DNA of 64,000 bases. Source: Alphaproteobacteria bacterium (GTDB lineage: Bacteria > Pseudomonadota > Alphaproteobacteria > UBA7887). The position numbers were made by a program, and so were the translations under genes. The notes under the pieces are model-generated. The model saw nothing but the letters and a program-made list of their open reading frames with translations, was not told where the DNA came from and ran no database searches. The stretch lies in assembly GCA_965216755.1 (NCBI GenBank), contig CBDCGL010000011.1:2304001-2368000 (forward strand), given 5' to 3'. This document shows, piece after piece, positions 30,378-40,922 of the stretch. Each line of letters starts with the position of its first letter. The first letter of the stretch is position 1.

Positions 30378-31352
30378 CTAGGCAACCATACCTTCGAGGC
30401 GATCGCGGATCAGCTGTTCGGCCTCGGCCATGATGCGATCGATCAATTCCTTGCAGGTCGGGATATCGTTGATCAGCCCAGCGACCATACCGCACGACCA
30501 AGCGCCGGCATCCATTTTGCCATCGAGCATGATCGTCGGATAGACCCCGGCGACCTCGTCGAGAATATCGTCGATCTTGATGCTCTTGCCGAGCTTTTCT
30601 TCTTTTTCCAACAGCCGTTCGACGGCCGCATTGTTGAGCACGCGCTCGGTATTGCGCAGCGGTCGCATGACCAAGCGCGTGTCCAGCTCGCTCGCCGCGA
30701 CAATCGCCTGTTTGACGTTGTCGTGGATGGGCGCCTCTTTGGTGGCCATGAAGCGCGTGCCCATGTTCATGCCGTCAGCGCCCATGGCCAGCGACGCCAC
30801 CAGGCTGCGCGCGTCCGCCATGCCGCCCGAGGCGACAAACGGGATCTTCAATTCCTCGGCCGCGCGCGGCAGCAAGATCATGTTGGGAATATCGTCCTCG
30901 CCCGGATGGCCACCGCATTCGAAACCATCCACCGACACCGCGTCGCAGCCAATCGACTCGGCTTTCAGCGAATGCCGCACCGACGTGCATTTGTGGATGA
31001 TTTTGACGCCCGCTTCCTGCAAACGCGGCAAATGCGCCTGCGGATTGCGGCCCGCGGTTTCGACGATTTTCACCCCACCATCGATGATCGCGCTGATATA
31101 GCCTGGATAATCCGGCGCAGTGACGGTCGGCAGAAACGTCAAATTGACCCCGAACGGCCTGTCGGTCATCTCCCGACAGCGCGCGATCTCGTCGGCCAGA
31201 TCTTGCGGTGTTTTTTGGGTCAGGCCGGTGATGATGCCGAGCCCGCCAGCATTCGATACCGCCGCCGCCAGCTCGGCGAAGCCGACATAGTGCATGCCGC
31301 CCTGAATGATCGGGTGCTCGATACCGAACAGCTCGGTAATGCGCGTTTTCAT
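30378..31352 (-). CDS. Nitronate monooxygenase / FabK-like flavin oxidoreductase
   Basis: PIIQGGM, FGVNL, DGFECGGHPG, ASGG and MGTRF motifs. Confidence 0.92.
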   Translation of the reverse strand: MKTRITELFGIEHPIIQGGMHYVGFAELAAAVSNAGGLGIITGLTQKTPQDLADEIARCREMTDRPFGVNLTFLPTVTAPDYPGYISAIIDGGVKIVETAGRNPQAHLPRLQEAGVKIIHKCTSVRHSLKAESIGCDAVSVDGFECGGHPGEDDIPNMILLPRAAEELKIPFVASGGMADARSLVASLAMGADGMNMGTRFMATKEAPIHDNVKQAIVAASELDTRLVMRPLRNTERVLNNAAVERLLEKEEKLGKSIKIDDILDEVAGVYPTIMLDGKMDAGAWSCGMVAGLINDIPTCKELIDRIMAEAEQLIRDRLEGMVA

Positions 31353-31414
31353 TGCTGCTATCCCTTGAACTCTTGATGTCAGCAGCATGCGGGTTTGCCG
31401 GCTCAGTTCAAGCC

Positions 31415-32401
31415 TCAATCCGACACGGTCAATATGCTCGAACCGGTGGTTTTGCGGCCTTCCAGGTCGGCGTGGGCGCGTCCCGCCTCGGCCAAGGGAT
31501 AGCGCTGGTTGATCTCGATCTTGAGCGCGCCGTCGGCGATCAGCCCGAACAGGGTTTTGGCATTGCGCGCGCGTTCGACCGGATCCTTGGTGAACGTGAT
31601 CAGACCGCCGACGGCGACCGACGCGGAACGGCTGCGCAATCTGTTAATATCGACCGGCCCGATCGGCCCGGATGCCACGCCGAAGCTGACAAGACGGCCC
31701 CGATCGGCCAGGCAATCGATGCCCTTGTCGAGCGTGTCCTTGCCGATGGCGTCATAGACCACGTCAACGCCACGACCATCGGTCAGCGTCTTGACGCGTT
31801 CGGCGAAGTCTTCGCGGGTATACAAAACCGGATGGTCGCAACCGTGCGCGGCCGCCATCTCCGCCTTGGCCTCGTTGCCGACCGTGCCGATCACCGTGGC
31901 GCCGATATGTTTTGCCCATTGGCATAGGATCATGCCGACGCCGCCGGCCGCGGCGTGAATCAGCGCTGTTTGCCCGGCCTTCAGAGGCCAGGATTCGTGC
32001 AGCAGATAGTGGGCGGTCAGACCTTGCAACGTGCAGGCGGCCGCCGTGTCGTTGGACACCGGGTCAGGCACACGGTTGAGACGATCGGCGGCGATCACCA
32101 TCATCTCGCTATAGGCGCCCAAGGTCATACAGTGCGAGATCCGATCGCCCACCGCGAGGTCTGCCACACCCGCGCCGATGGCGTCGACCACCCCGGCGGC
32201 TTCCATGCCCAGTGTCAATGGCAGGGGCGGCAAGGGATAGGCGCCCTTGCGCTGATTGACGTCAATGAAATTGAGACCGGCGGCCGTGTGCCGCAATCGC
32301 ACCTCACCTGGCCCGGGATCGGCGACTTCTGCCGCCTCCCACTTCATCACTTCGGGCCCACCGGTCTCATGAATGCGTATGGCGTATGCGGTCGCTGGCA
32401 T
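31415..32401 (-). CDS. NADPH:quinone oxidoreductase (zeta-crystallin type)
   Basis: GLNFID, HAAAGGVG, GVDVVYD and RKTTGS motifs. Confidence 0.92.
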   Translation of the reverse strand: MPATAYAIRIHETGGPEVMKWEAAEVADPGPGEVRLRHTAAGLNFIDVNQRKGAYPLPPLPLTLGMEAAGVVDAIGAGVADLAVGDRISHCMTLGAYSEMMVIAADRLNRVPDPVSNDTAAACTLQGLTAHYLLHESWPLKAGQTALIHAAAGGVGMILCQWAKHIGATVIGTVGNEAKAEMAAAHGCDHPVLYTREDFAERVKTLTDGRGVDVVYDAIGKDTLDKGIDCLADRGRLVSFGVASGPIGPVDINRLRSRSASVAVGGLITFTKDPVERARNAKTLFGLIADGALKIEINQRYPLAEAGRAHADLEGRKTTGSSILTVSD

Positions 32402-32665
32402 GCCTGCTGTCCCTTTGTGCTGACGCATTGTTTGCAGCGCCGGAGCCTAGAAAGATTGGGCTTGCGGAGCAAGCTACCGCCGCGCGCGGCTGGCTTTCGA
32501 TTTTGCAATGGCAAGCAAGCCGCCGTGTTGGCCCATTGTGCCTTGGAACCGAAGCAACCGGCGGTCGATTCTGTGGCAATGCAAAAGTGTTTAGCACGAC
32601 AATGAATTTGAATCGGGCGGGCCAGACAAAGTGGCGTGCAACGCGCCCAAGCATTATAAAACCCC

Positions 32666-33100
32666 ATGAACAGCTCACATGAAAACGAACGTACGCTCAC
32701 GATCGCGCTGTTGATCTTGCGCGTCACGCTCGGCGTATTCTTGCTGGTTTGGGCGCTGGAGAAGTTTGTGCTGCCCGACCGCACGGTGGGAATCTACGCC
32801 AAGTTCTATGGCATCACCATCGACACCGGGCTGTCACCGTTTATCGGTGTCGCCGAAACACTGCTCGCGCTCGCCTTGTTGTGCGGCTTGTGGCGGCGCT
32901 GGAGCTATGGTTTGGCGACCCTGATCCATGCCTATTCCGTGGTCTCCACCTGGCGCGAGATCATCGACCCCTGGGGGTTGATCTTTGGCGAGGTCAAGCA
33001 TTTGTTCCTGGCTGCGGTGCCCGTGTTGGGCGGCTTCATCGCGCTCTATCTGCTGCGCCACCATGACATCTGGACCATCGATGGCTGGCGCAAGCGCTAG
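32666..33100 (+). CDS. DoxX-like membrane protein
   Basis: LILRVTLGVFLLVWALEK; 3-4 TM segments. Confidence 0.75.
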   Translation: MNSSHENERTLTIALLILRVTLGVFLLVWALEKFVLPDRTVGIYAKFYGITIDTGLSPFIGVAETLLALALLCGLWRRWSYGLATLIHAYSVVSTWREIIDPWGLIFGEVKHLFLAAVPVLGGFIALYLLRHHDIWTIDGWRKR

Positions 33101-33106
33101 CACTTC

Positions 33107-33188
33107 GGTGACAGTTTACTAAATACACCATATCTAGATAAACGAAATGAAGCCACACTGTATATGGTATATTTAGTAAACTGTCACC
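33107..33188. repeat. REPIN-like element, copy 2
   Basis: 27-bp inverted arms with one mismatch (GGTGACAGTTTACTAAATACACCATAT); 42 nt between the 19-bp cores; between convergent genes. Confidence 0.9.
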
Positions 33189-33192
33189 AAAA

Positions 33193-34317
33193 TCAGCGGG
33201 CCGAGAACTCGTCGCGAATGGCGGCGCCGTGCTCGTCGTGGCGCGGCACCGGGCCGTAACGTTCGGTGGCGCCGGCGATGATGCTGGCCGGCGCCAACAG
33301 CTCCACCGGGCCGTTTTCCGTTTGTACGCGAATGAAACGGTTCTGCGGATGCGCGATCAAATCGTCCAAATCCGATAGCCGGCCATAGGCGATACCCGCC
33401 ACCGCCAGCAGTTCGATGTTCGCCTCTCGATCGCGCTGGGCGAAAAAGTCCGCGATCCTGCCATCGACCTGGTCACGCCGCGCCACCCGGTCATTATTGG
33501 TCGCGAAGCCATCGCGGGTCGCCAGCGACGGATCGCCCAGCACATCGGCGCAAAGCCGCCCCCATTCGCGTTCGTTTTGGATGGATATCAACAGCTGCTT
33601 ACCGTCCGCGCAGGTGAACGCACCATAGGGGGCGATCGACGGATGCTTGAGACCGTGGCGGCCCGGCGTCACCCTGCCATAGCGATGCTGTAGATAGGGC
33701 ACATTCATCCAATCGGCCATGGCGTGAAACAGCGACACGTCGATAACCCGCCCCTGGCCCGTGCGTTCGCGCACGTAAAGCCCCTGCAAAATGGCTTGAT
33801 GGGCGGTCATGCCAGCGGCGATGTCGCAAACCGAGACACCGACCCGCGCCGGCCCTTCCGGCGTGCCGTTCACGGCACACAGGCCGCTTTCCGCCTGGAT
33901 TAACAGATCATAGGCCTTTTGATTGCGCCATGGCCCACTGGTGCCATAGCCGGAAATCGAACAGATGACCAGGCGCGGCTGGCGGGCGCGCAGATCTTGG
34001 GGCGCAAAGCCGATCCGATCGATCGCCCCTGGCATGAGGTTCTGGATGAACACGTCGGCCTTGGCGAGCAAGGCGCCGAGCAGGTCGCGATCGGCGTCGG
34101 CCTTCAAATCCAGGCAAATCGACTCTTTGCCGCGATTGAGCCACACGAAATATGCACTGCCGCCGTTGACCAGGCTGTCATACCGACGGGCGAAATCGCC
34201 CTCGGTCCGTTCCACCTTGATGACGCGCGCGCCGGCATCGGCCAAGCGGCTGGACGCATATGGCGCCGCCACCGCCTGTTCAACAGTCACAACCAACAAA
34301 CCTTCGAGATCGTTCAT
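33193..34317 (-). CDS. Family III CoA-transferase (CaiB/BaiF)
   Basis: EQAVAAP, LADAGARVIKVE, NRGKES and SGYG..GP...KAYD motifs. Confidence 0.93.
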   Translation of the reverse strand: MNDLEGLLVVTVEQAVAAPYASSRLADAGARVIKVERTEGDFARRYDSLVNGGSAYFVWLNRGKESICLDLKADADRDLLGALLAKADVFIQNLMPGAIDRIGFAPQDLRARQPRLVICSISGYGTSGPWRNQKAYDLLIQAESGLCAVNGTPEGPARVGVSVCDIAAGMTAHQAILQGLYVRERTGQGRVIDVSLFHAMADWMNVPYLQHRYGRVTPGRHGLKHPSIAPYGAFTCADGKQLLISIQNEREWGRLCADVLGDPSLATRDGFATNNDRVARRDQVDGRIADFFAQRDREANIELLAVAGIAYGRLSDLDDLIAHPQNRFIRVQTENGPVELLAPASIIAGATERYGPVPRHDEHGAAIRDEFSAR

Positions 34318-34586
34318 GGCGTTCCCTCTCGCGACATCCGCTGCCTTGACCGGCAACAACGTTCGCCCATAACTTGCCGCGTTGTCTCGCCAATGTCATC
34401 GGAAGCAAGCCGTGCGGGCGCTGGGGCGCCGATGGCTGGATAGGCGCGGCCCGAAGCCCGATGCCGGCCAAATGTGGCCGGGCTGCGGATGGCCCGGTCG
34501 CGCCCATCGACGCGTTCGGGCAAATCTGAACCTTGGACGCGCGCGCCAACGCAACTCGGCGTAACACATGGTTTTGGGAGGATTTC

Positions 34587-35887
34587 ATGAAACGAGTTTT
34601 GGCCGTGGCAATGGCCGTGACCAGCTTGGTGTTGTTCGCGTCCCAGCCGACGCCCGCGGCGGAGACGCCGGCGGAACTCAAGATCGGCATTACCGCGTTT
34701 TTGTCCGGCCCGGCCTCGGTGTTCGGCGAGCCCGCCAAAGCCGCCGCCGATATGATAGTTGCCGCGATGAACGAAGCGGGCGGCATCGGTGGCGTGCCGA
34801 TACGGACCTATTTTGTCGACGAAGGCGCCGGCGGCGAGGCGGTGCTGTCCGAGTATCGGCGGCTGGTGCAAGACGTCGAAGTCGATGCCATGTTTGCTTC
34901 GATCTCGTCGGGCAATTGCAACAAGGTCGCTCCGCTTGCCGAAGATCTGAAAGTGCTCAACATCATGTGGGACTGCGGCACCCAGCGGATCTTTGAAGAA
35001 AACAGCTACCGTTATGTGTTTCGCACCCAAGCCAATGCGACACCGGAAATGCTGTCGACGGTTCTTTATCTTCTCAAGACCAAGCCCGACTTCAGAACCA
35101 TCGCGGTGCTCAATCAAGACTATGCCTAGGGGCGCGATAGCTGGGCGATTTTTTCGACCGCCCTCAAGGCACTGAAGCCGATATTGAGGTGGTCGCCGAG
35201 TTTTTTCCCAAGTTCGGCGCGCCCGACTATTCCACGGAAATCTCGCGCCTGCAGGCGATGCGGCCGGACGTGATCTTATCGACCTCGTGGGGCGGCGACT
35301 TGGACACATTTGTCCGCCAGGCCTCGCAACGCGGTCTGACCCGCACCTCAACCTTGGTGTTGCCATTGGCTGAAAGCTCGCTCGAGCGCATGGGCGCCGC
35401 GCTGCCACCGGGGCATATCGTCGGCGCCCGCGGCGATCACTATTTTCTGCATCCGGAGAAAAAGGATGATCCGGCTTTCGCCACTTTTGTCGAAATGTTT
35501 CGGTCGAAGACCGGCGCCTATCCAATCTATCCGGTCTTCCATATGAGCCAGGCCTTGAACGCGCTCAAGGCGGCGTTCGAAAAGGCGATCGCCGACAACA
35601 ACGGCGATTGGCCCGACCGCGAACAAGTCGTCGATGCCATGGCCGGGCTGTCTTTTGCCGGGCTGGGCCGCCCTGTACACGTCCGCGAAGACGGCCAGGG
35701 CGTCGAGGATCAGTTGCTCGGCACAACGGTCATGGCTGACGGCTACGACTTCGCCGTGCTCGACAATATGATGATTTTCGACGGTGCCCAGATCACCACG
35801 CCCGTCGGCGCGGTTTCGATCGATTGGTTGTCGAACCTGCGGCCGGACATGATCGAAAGCTTCCAAGCGGATCACTTTTCGCGCTAA
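34587..35887 (+). pseudogene. LIV-type ABC substrate-binding protein, disrupted by an in-frame TAG and a 1-bp deletion
   Basis: NQDYA*GRDSW with TAG at 35127-35129; frame shift near 35180 (KP / IEVVAEFFPKFG continues in another frame). Confidence 0.85.
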
Positions 35888-35953
35888 CCAATTGACCGTG
35901 CGGCCGATTGCGGCCGCGCCCACATTGCAAAGGCTCGACGCGGCAAAACCAAT

Positions 35954-36859
35954 ATGAATAGCCAACTTCTGGCGCTCGCGATTTTCGACGGCATCGCTTA
36001 TGCGGCGCTCGTTTTCGTGGTTGCGGTCGGCCTGACACTCATTTTCGGCGTGTTGCGGATTCTGAACGTCGCGCACGGCTCGTTTTATGCCATCGGCGCC
36101 TACGTCGTGGCGTCGGCGGGCGGCTCCATCTTCGCCGCGGGTTTCTCGCCGTGGCTTGCCTTCCCGCTATTTTTTGTCGCCGCCGCGCTGATCGGTATTG
36201 TTCTGGGTGGTCTGATTGAACGACTGCTGTTGCGCCGGATCTACGCCAAGGAAGAGGCGTTGCAGCTGCTGGTGACGTTCGCGGTATTTATGATCTTGGA
36301 AGACGTGCAGCGACTGGTGTGGGGCGTGCAACCCTATTTCGAGGCGACCGCCCTGCAACAGCTCGGCAATCTTGAGGTGTTCGGGGTCTTTTACACGAAG
36401 TATCAGCTGTTGTTGTTGCCAGCATTCGCCATCGTTGTCCTGGTCAGCCTACGTCTGTTTTTGCGCCGAACATTGTCTGGCAAACTGATTTTGGCGGTCA
36501 CCGAAGACCGTGAAGCCGCGATCGCGATCGGCATCGATGCCGACAAGGTCTATCTGCTGACCTTCATCCTTGGCGCGGCCCTGGCCGCGCTCGGCGGGGC
36601 CTTGGCGTCGGCGACCACCTCGGTCGTGCCCGGCATGGGCGCGGACATGATCGTTTTATCATTCGCGGTTGTCGCGACCGCCGGCCTCGGCCAGATCGAA
36701 GGCGCGGCGGTGGCCGCTCTGCTGATCGGTCTCGGCCGCAGCCTCGCCGTCTATATGATGCCAGAGCTGGAAGTCCTGGTGCCGTATCTGATCATGCTGA
36801 TCGTTCTATTGGTCCGTCCACAGGGCCTGTTCGGCGTGGCCTCGCACCGGAAGATCTAG
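35954..36859 (+). CDS. Branched-chain amino acid-type ABC permease (LivH-like)
   Basis: GLTLIFGVLRILNVAHG and LLVRPQGLFG motifs. Confidence 0.92.
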   Translation: MNSQLLALAIFDGIAYAALVFVVAVGLTLIFGVLRILNVAHGSFYAIGAYVVASAGGSIFAAGFSPWLAFPLFFVAAALIGIVLGGLIERLLLRRIYAKEEALQLLVTFAVFMILEDVQRLVWGVQPYFEATALQQLGNLEVFGVFYTKYQLLLLPAFAIVVLVSLRLFLRRTLSGKLILAVTEDREAAIAIGIDADKVYLLTFILGAALAALGGALASATTSVVPGMGADMIVLSFAVVATAGLGQIEGAAVAALLIGLGRSLAVYMMPELEVLVPYLIMLIVLLVRPQGLFGVASHRKI

Positions 36860-36863
36860 CGCC

Positions 36864-37838
36864 GTGCCGAAACCTTCGCTACGCATCGTCGTGCCGCTGA
36901 TCCTGCTGTCTTTGGTTGCCGGTCTGCCGATCGCCGCGCCATGGCTGCAAGTTGTTTTTACATTGGCCTTGGCTAAAGGGATTGCCGTGCTCGGCATTAT
37001 CGTCCTGCTGCGCGCCGGCCAGGTGTCGTTCGGCCATGCCCTCTATTTCGCCGTGGCGGCGTATGTCGCCGCGTTTCTGGGCCAAACGTTCTCGGGCGGC
37101 GAACTCATCTCAATGATCGGTCTTGGTGTTGCGGTGGCGTTGCTGGTCGGCGTGGCCGTCGGGCTGTTTGTGGTCCGCTATCGCGGCATTTTTTTCGGCA
37201 TGCTGAATCTTGCCTTTTCGATGATCTTCTTCTCGATCTTGGAGAAATTCTACCATGTCACTGGTGGCTCGGACGGCCTTCAGGTCGCCCGGCCGTCGGT
37301 GCTGGGCGCCAGCGTCGGGCGTGACGGGTTCGAGGCGCTGCTATTTTATGGTACACTGATCATTTGTGTACTGGTGGCATGGGGCGTTCATCGGTTTTTG
37401 GGTTCGCCGATCGGCCACATGATGGCCACCGTCAAGACCAACGAAACGCGGCTTGAGTATCTTGGTGTTTCGGCGCGCCGCACGCTGTTGGTTGGTTATG
37501 TCCTGTCGGCGGGTCTGTGCGGCCTTGGCGGCGTACTCATGGCGGTGGCGCAAGGTATCGTGACACCCGAATATGCGTGGTGGATCCGCTCTGGCGAATT
37601 GGTGTTTATCGCCATCCTCGGCGGCGCGGGGTCGGTGACGGGCGCGTTTGTCGGTGCCTTGGTTTATGAGTTGGTGCGCACGTTCGCCGCCGCCTTCGCG
37701 GCCGATGTCTGGCAAATGATCCTGGGTTTGTTTTTGCTCGGTATCATTCTCTATGCCTCGCGCGGCCTGGTCGGCTTCTACGACGACATCTTGACGCGTC
37801 TATCGAAGGCGCCTGTTGGTGCGGAGCCCGCCGAATGA
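36864..37838 (+). CDS. Branched-chain amino acid-type ABC permease (LivM-like)
   Basis: GQVSFGHA, TGGSDG and ILGGAG motifs. Confidence 0.92.
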   Translation: MPKPSLRIVVPLILLSLVAGLPIAAPWLQVVFTLALAKGIAVLGIIVLLRAGQVSFGHALYFAVAAYVAAFLGQTFSGGELISMIGLGVAVALLVGVAVGLFVVRYRGIFFGMLNLAFSMIFFSILEKFYHVTGGSDGLQVARPSVLGASVGRDGFEALLFYGTLIICVLVAWGVHRFLGSPIGHMMATVKTNETRLEYLGVSARRTLLVGYVLSAGLCGLGGVLMAVAQGIVTPEYAWWIRSGELVFIAILGGAGSVTGAFVGALVYELVRTFAAAFAADVWQMILGLFLLGIILYASRGLVGFYDDILTRLSKAPVGAEPAE

Positions 37839-38587
37839 CCGGCGCCGCGCTTTTGGAAGCCACGGGGTTGGAAATCCGGTTCGGCGGCGTGGTGGCGGCG
37901 GATGGGGTCGAATTGCAGATCCATGACGGTCGCAATATGGCCATCATCGGGCCGAACGGCGCCGGCAAAACGACGTTTCTCAATATCTGCACCGGTTATC
38001 TGAAGCCGCAAGCTGGGCGCGTGTATTTCGGCGGCCGCGATATCACGGCGTTGTCACCGCGCCAAATCACACGCGCCGGCGTCGCGCGCGCCTTTCAGAT
38101 CCCGCAATTGTTCGCCGAACACACGGCGTTTGAAAATCTGCTGATCGCCGCCGCGGCCCGCGACAAACGTTGGGCGCCATTTGTGAAACTGAGCGATATC
38201 CCCGAGCGGGGCGAAATGGTGCATCTGCTGGACGTGGTCAATTGTGCGGACGCGGCGGCGCGACCCGTCAACACCTTGCCCGAGGGCCAACGCAAATTGA
38301 TCGATATCGCCGTGGCGCTGGCGCTGAAACCAAAACTTCTGCTTTTGGATGAACCGACATCCGGCGTGGCATCGGCCGAGAAATTCGGCGTCATGGACAT
38401 TCTGACGGCCGCCCTTGCCGAAGCCAAGGTGACATGCGTGTTCGTAGAGCACGATATGGGGATCGTTGAAAAATATGCCGACGAAGTCGCTGTATGGTCG
38501 AACGGCACGATCCCACTACGCGGCGCGCCGGCCGAGATACTGGAGCATCCCGACGTCATCAAAGACGTGATTGGCGAGGAAATCTGA
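37835..38587 (+). CDS. ABC ATP-binding protein (LivG-like)
   Basis: GPNGAGKT, LLLDEP and VEHD motifs. Confidence 0.93.
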   Translation: MTGAALLEATGLEIRFGGVVAADGVELQIHDGRNMAIIGPNGAGKTTFLNICTGYLKPQAGRVYFGGRDITALSPRQITRAGVARAFQIPQLFAEHTAFENLLIAAAARDKRWAPFVKLSDIPERGEMVHLLDVVNCADAAARPVNTLPEGQRKLIDIAVALALKPKLLLLDEPTSGVASAEKFGVMDILTAALAEAKVTCVFVEHDMGIVEKYADEVAVWSNGTIPLRGAPAEILEHPDVIKDVIGEEI

Positions 38588-39276
38588 TGCTGGGCTTTGC
38601 CGACGTCGATGTATCCATCGCCAAAGTGCACATCTTGCGCGATGTCAGTTTCACCATTGCCCCGGCCGAAACCGTGGCGCTGATCGGCCGCAATGGCGCC
38701 GGCAAAACGACGACGCTGCGCTCGGTCATGGGATTCACGGCGGTAACCGGCAGAATCACAATTGCCGGCAAAGACATTGCGGCGTTCGCGCCAGCCAAAC
38801 GCCCCGGTCTGGGCATCGGCTACGCCCCGGAAGACCGCCGGTTATTTTCCGCGTTCTCGGTCGAGGAAAACATCACCATGCCGGGCCAAGTGGCCGGGTA
38901 CTCGCGGCCACATTTGCGCGACCGACTCGACCGCGTGTACCACATCTTGCCCGAATTGAAGCAGCTGGCGCCGCGGCCGGCCGGGGCGGTATCCGGCGGC
39001 CAAAGCAAAATGGTCGCGCTTGGCCGCGCTTTGATGATTGGCACGCGTCTGATCATGCTCGACGAGCCATTCCAGGGCCTCGCCCCGGCGCTTGCCCGAC
39101 GCTACGCGGACGCGCTGGCGAGCTTGCGTGACGAGGATCGCCAGGTGACCTTATTGGTCTCCGAATCGAACCCGCGTTTGTTGCGCAAGCTCGCCGACCG
39201 ATTGCTGGTGATCGAGCGCGGCGAAGTGCGCGAGAGCACACTCGAATCAACGACCGCTTCGACAGATACCGGATAG
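38587..39276 (+). CDS. ABC ATP-binding protein (LivF-like)
   Basis: GRNGAGKT, VSGGQ and MLDEP motifs; TGATG coupling to the previous gene. Confidence 0.92.
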   Translation: MLGFADVDVSIAKVHILRDVSFTIAPAETVALIGRNGAGKTTTLRSVMGFTAVTGRITIAGKDIAAFAPAKRPGLGIGYAPEDRRLFSAFSVEENITMPGQVAGYSRPHLRDRLDRVYHILPELKQLAPRPAGAVSGGQSKMVALGRALMIGTRLIMLDEPFQGLAPALARRYADALASLRDEDRQVTLLVSESNPRLLRKLADRLLVIERGEVRESTLESTTASTDTG

Positions 39277-39282
39277 ACGAGC

Positions 39283-40029
39283 CTACGTGTCGCGCCGCGC
39301 GACGATCAGGAACTCCACATTTCCTTCCGGGCCGGTGATCGGGCTTTGCGTGATGCCCACGACCGACCAGCCCGGCTGCGCGTCAACCCATTCGCGAATT
39401 TCCCCACAAACGCGCTCATGAACCGCGGGATCGCGGACCACGCCGCGCTTGCCGACCTCGCCCCGTCCCGCCTCGAATTGCGGCTTGATCAAAGCGCACA
39501 AGATCGCGCCGCCCCGGGTCAGGGCCAGTGCCGCCGGCAAAACCTTGGTCAGGCTGATGAAGCTTGCATCACACGTCACCAGTGCGATGTCTTCGGGTAC
39601 CTGCGCGCGCGTCAAATAGCGGGCATTGGTGGCCTCCAACACAACCACGGCAGGATCGTTGCGCAGCCGCCAGTCCAACTGGCCACGGCCGACGTCGACG
39701 GCATAGACCCGCGCCGCGCCGCGATGACGCAGGACATCGGTAAACCCCCCGGTTGACGCGCCAATATCCAGGCATATCAATCCCGTCGGATCTATGTCGA
39801 AGGTCGTCAACGCGTGGGCGAGTTTCAGACCGCCACGCGAGACCCAGGCATGGTCAGGGCGCTGCACGTCCAGCGCCGCGTCAAGCGCCGCCAATTGGCC
39901 GGGTTTGTCGATCCGGCGCTCACCGGCGAAGACCTTACCGGCCATTATCAATGCCTGGGCCTGGGCACGGCTTTCCGCCAGGCCACGTTCAACCAACAAA
40001 ACGTCGATGCGTGCTTTGCCTTTAGCCAC
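39283..40029 (-). CDS. tlyA: TlyA rRNA 2'-O-methyltransferase / haemolysin
   Basis: S4 domain, VSRGGLKL, DIGASTGGFTD, KPQFE and GNVEF motifs. Confidence 0.95.
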   Translation of the reverse strand: MAKGKARIDVLLVERGLAESRAQAQALIMAGKVFAGERRIDKPGQLAALDAALDVQRPDHAWVSRGGLKLAHALTTFDIDPTGLICLDIGASTGGFTDVLRHRGAARVYAVDVGRGQLDWRLRNDPAVVVLEATNARYLTRAQVPEDIALVTCDASFISLTKVLPAALALTRGGAILCALIKPQFEAGRGEVGKRGVVRDPAVHERVCGEIREWVDAQPGWSVVGITQSPITGPEGNVEFLIVARRDT

Positions 40030-40034
40030 AACCT

Positions 40035-40922
40035 TTAGTGATTGCGCGTGACGACGAAATCGGCGACCGCGCGCAAACCATCTGCGGCATCACCAAATAC
40101 AGCCAGGTCGCCGATCGCCTCATCGACCAATCGGCGTGCCTTGGACCGCGCCTGTCCCACGCCAAGCAACGACACAAAGGTCGCCTTGCCGGCGGCCGCG
40201 TCCTTGCCCACCCCCTTGCCGACCGCGGTCGCCTCGCCTTCGACATCGAGCAAATCGTCGGCGATTTGGAACGCCAGTCCCAAGCGTCGCGCATAGGACA
40301 ACAGAGCCGCCATCGCGGTGTCCGACGCGCCTCCTAAAACAGCCCCGGCCTGCGCAGAAAACGCGATCAAGGCACCGGTTTTTAGTGCCTGCAACTCAGT
40401 GATTTGGTCCAGGCTTAGAGTCTGGTTCTCAGCCGCCAGGTCGATCACCTGGCCGCCGACCATGCCGGCCATGCCGGCCGCCGACGCCAAGCCGGAAACC
40501 AAAGTACACCGCACCGTCGGATCAGGATGGGTCTCGGACTCCGCCAGCACTTCGAAGGCCCGCGTCAACAAAGCGTCGCCGACCAAGATCGCTGTCGCTT
40601 CGTCGTAGGCGATGTGGGTGGTCGGCCGGCCGCGCCGCATATCATCGTCATCCATCGCCGGCAGATCATCATGGACCAGCGAGTAGCAATGAATCATTTC
40701 CACCGCCGCCGCCGTGCGCACCGCGTGGTCCGGCGCGACATTGAACAGCCGCGCGCTTTCCATGACCAGGAATGGGCGCAACCGCTTGCCACCGCCGAGA
40801 AGCACATAGCGCATGGCGTCGTGCAGACGAGCGAGCGCGCCGTCACGCCCAGGCACCAACGCGGCCAGTGTTGCGTCCACGTCTGACGCGGCACGGGCCA
40901 TAGCATCGGCGAAGTCGGTCAA
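40035..40922 (-). CDS. ispA: Farnesyl diphosphate synthase (polyprenyl synthetase)
   Basis: GGKRLRP, HDDLPAMDDDDMRRG and FQIADDLLD motifs; TTG start overlapping the xseB stop. Confidence 0.94.
   Translation of the reverse strand: MTDFADAMARAASDVDATLAALVPGRDGALARLHDAMRYVLLGGGKRLRPFLVMESARLFNVAPDHAVRTAAAVEMIHCYSLVHDDLPAMDDDDMRRGRPTTHIAYDEATAILVGDALLTRAFEVLAESETHPDPTVRCTLVSGLASAAGMAGMVGGQVIDLAAENQTLSLDQITELQALKTGALIAFSAQAGAVLGGASDTAMAALLSYARRLGLAFQIADDLLDVEGEATAVGKGVGKDAAAGKATFVSLLGVGQARSKARRLVDEAIGDLAVFGDAADGLRAVADFVVTRNH

Noticed and set aside
35127-35129. Pyrrolysine or amber read-through
   Set aside because: The context suggests TGG to TAG at a Trp, a frameshift follows within about 55 bp, and no pyl genes are seen.
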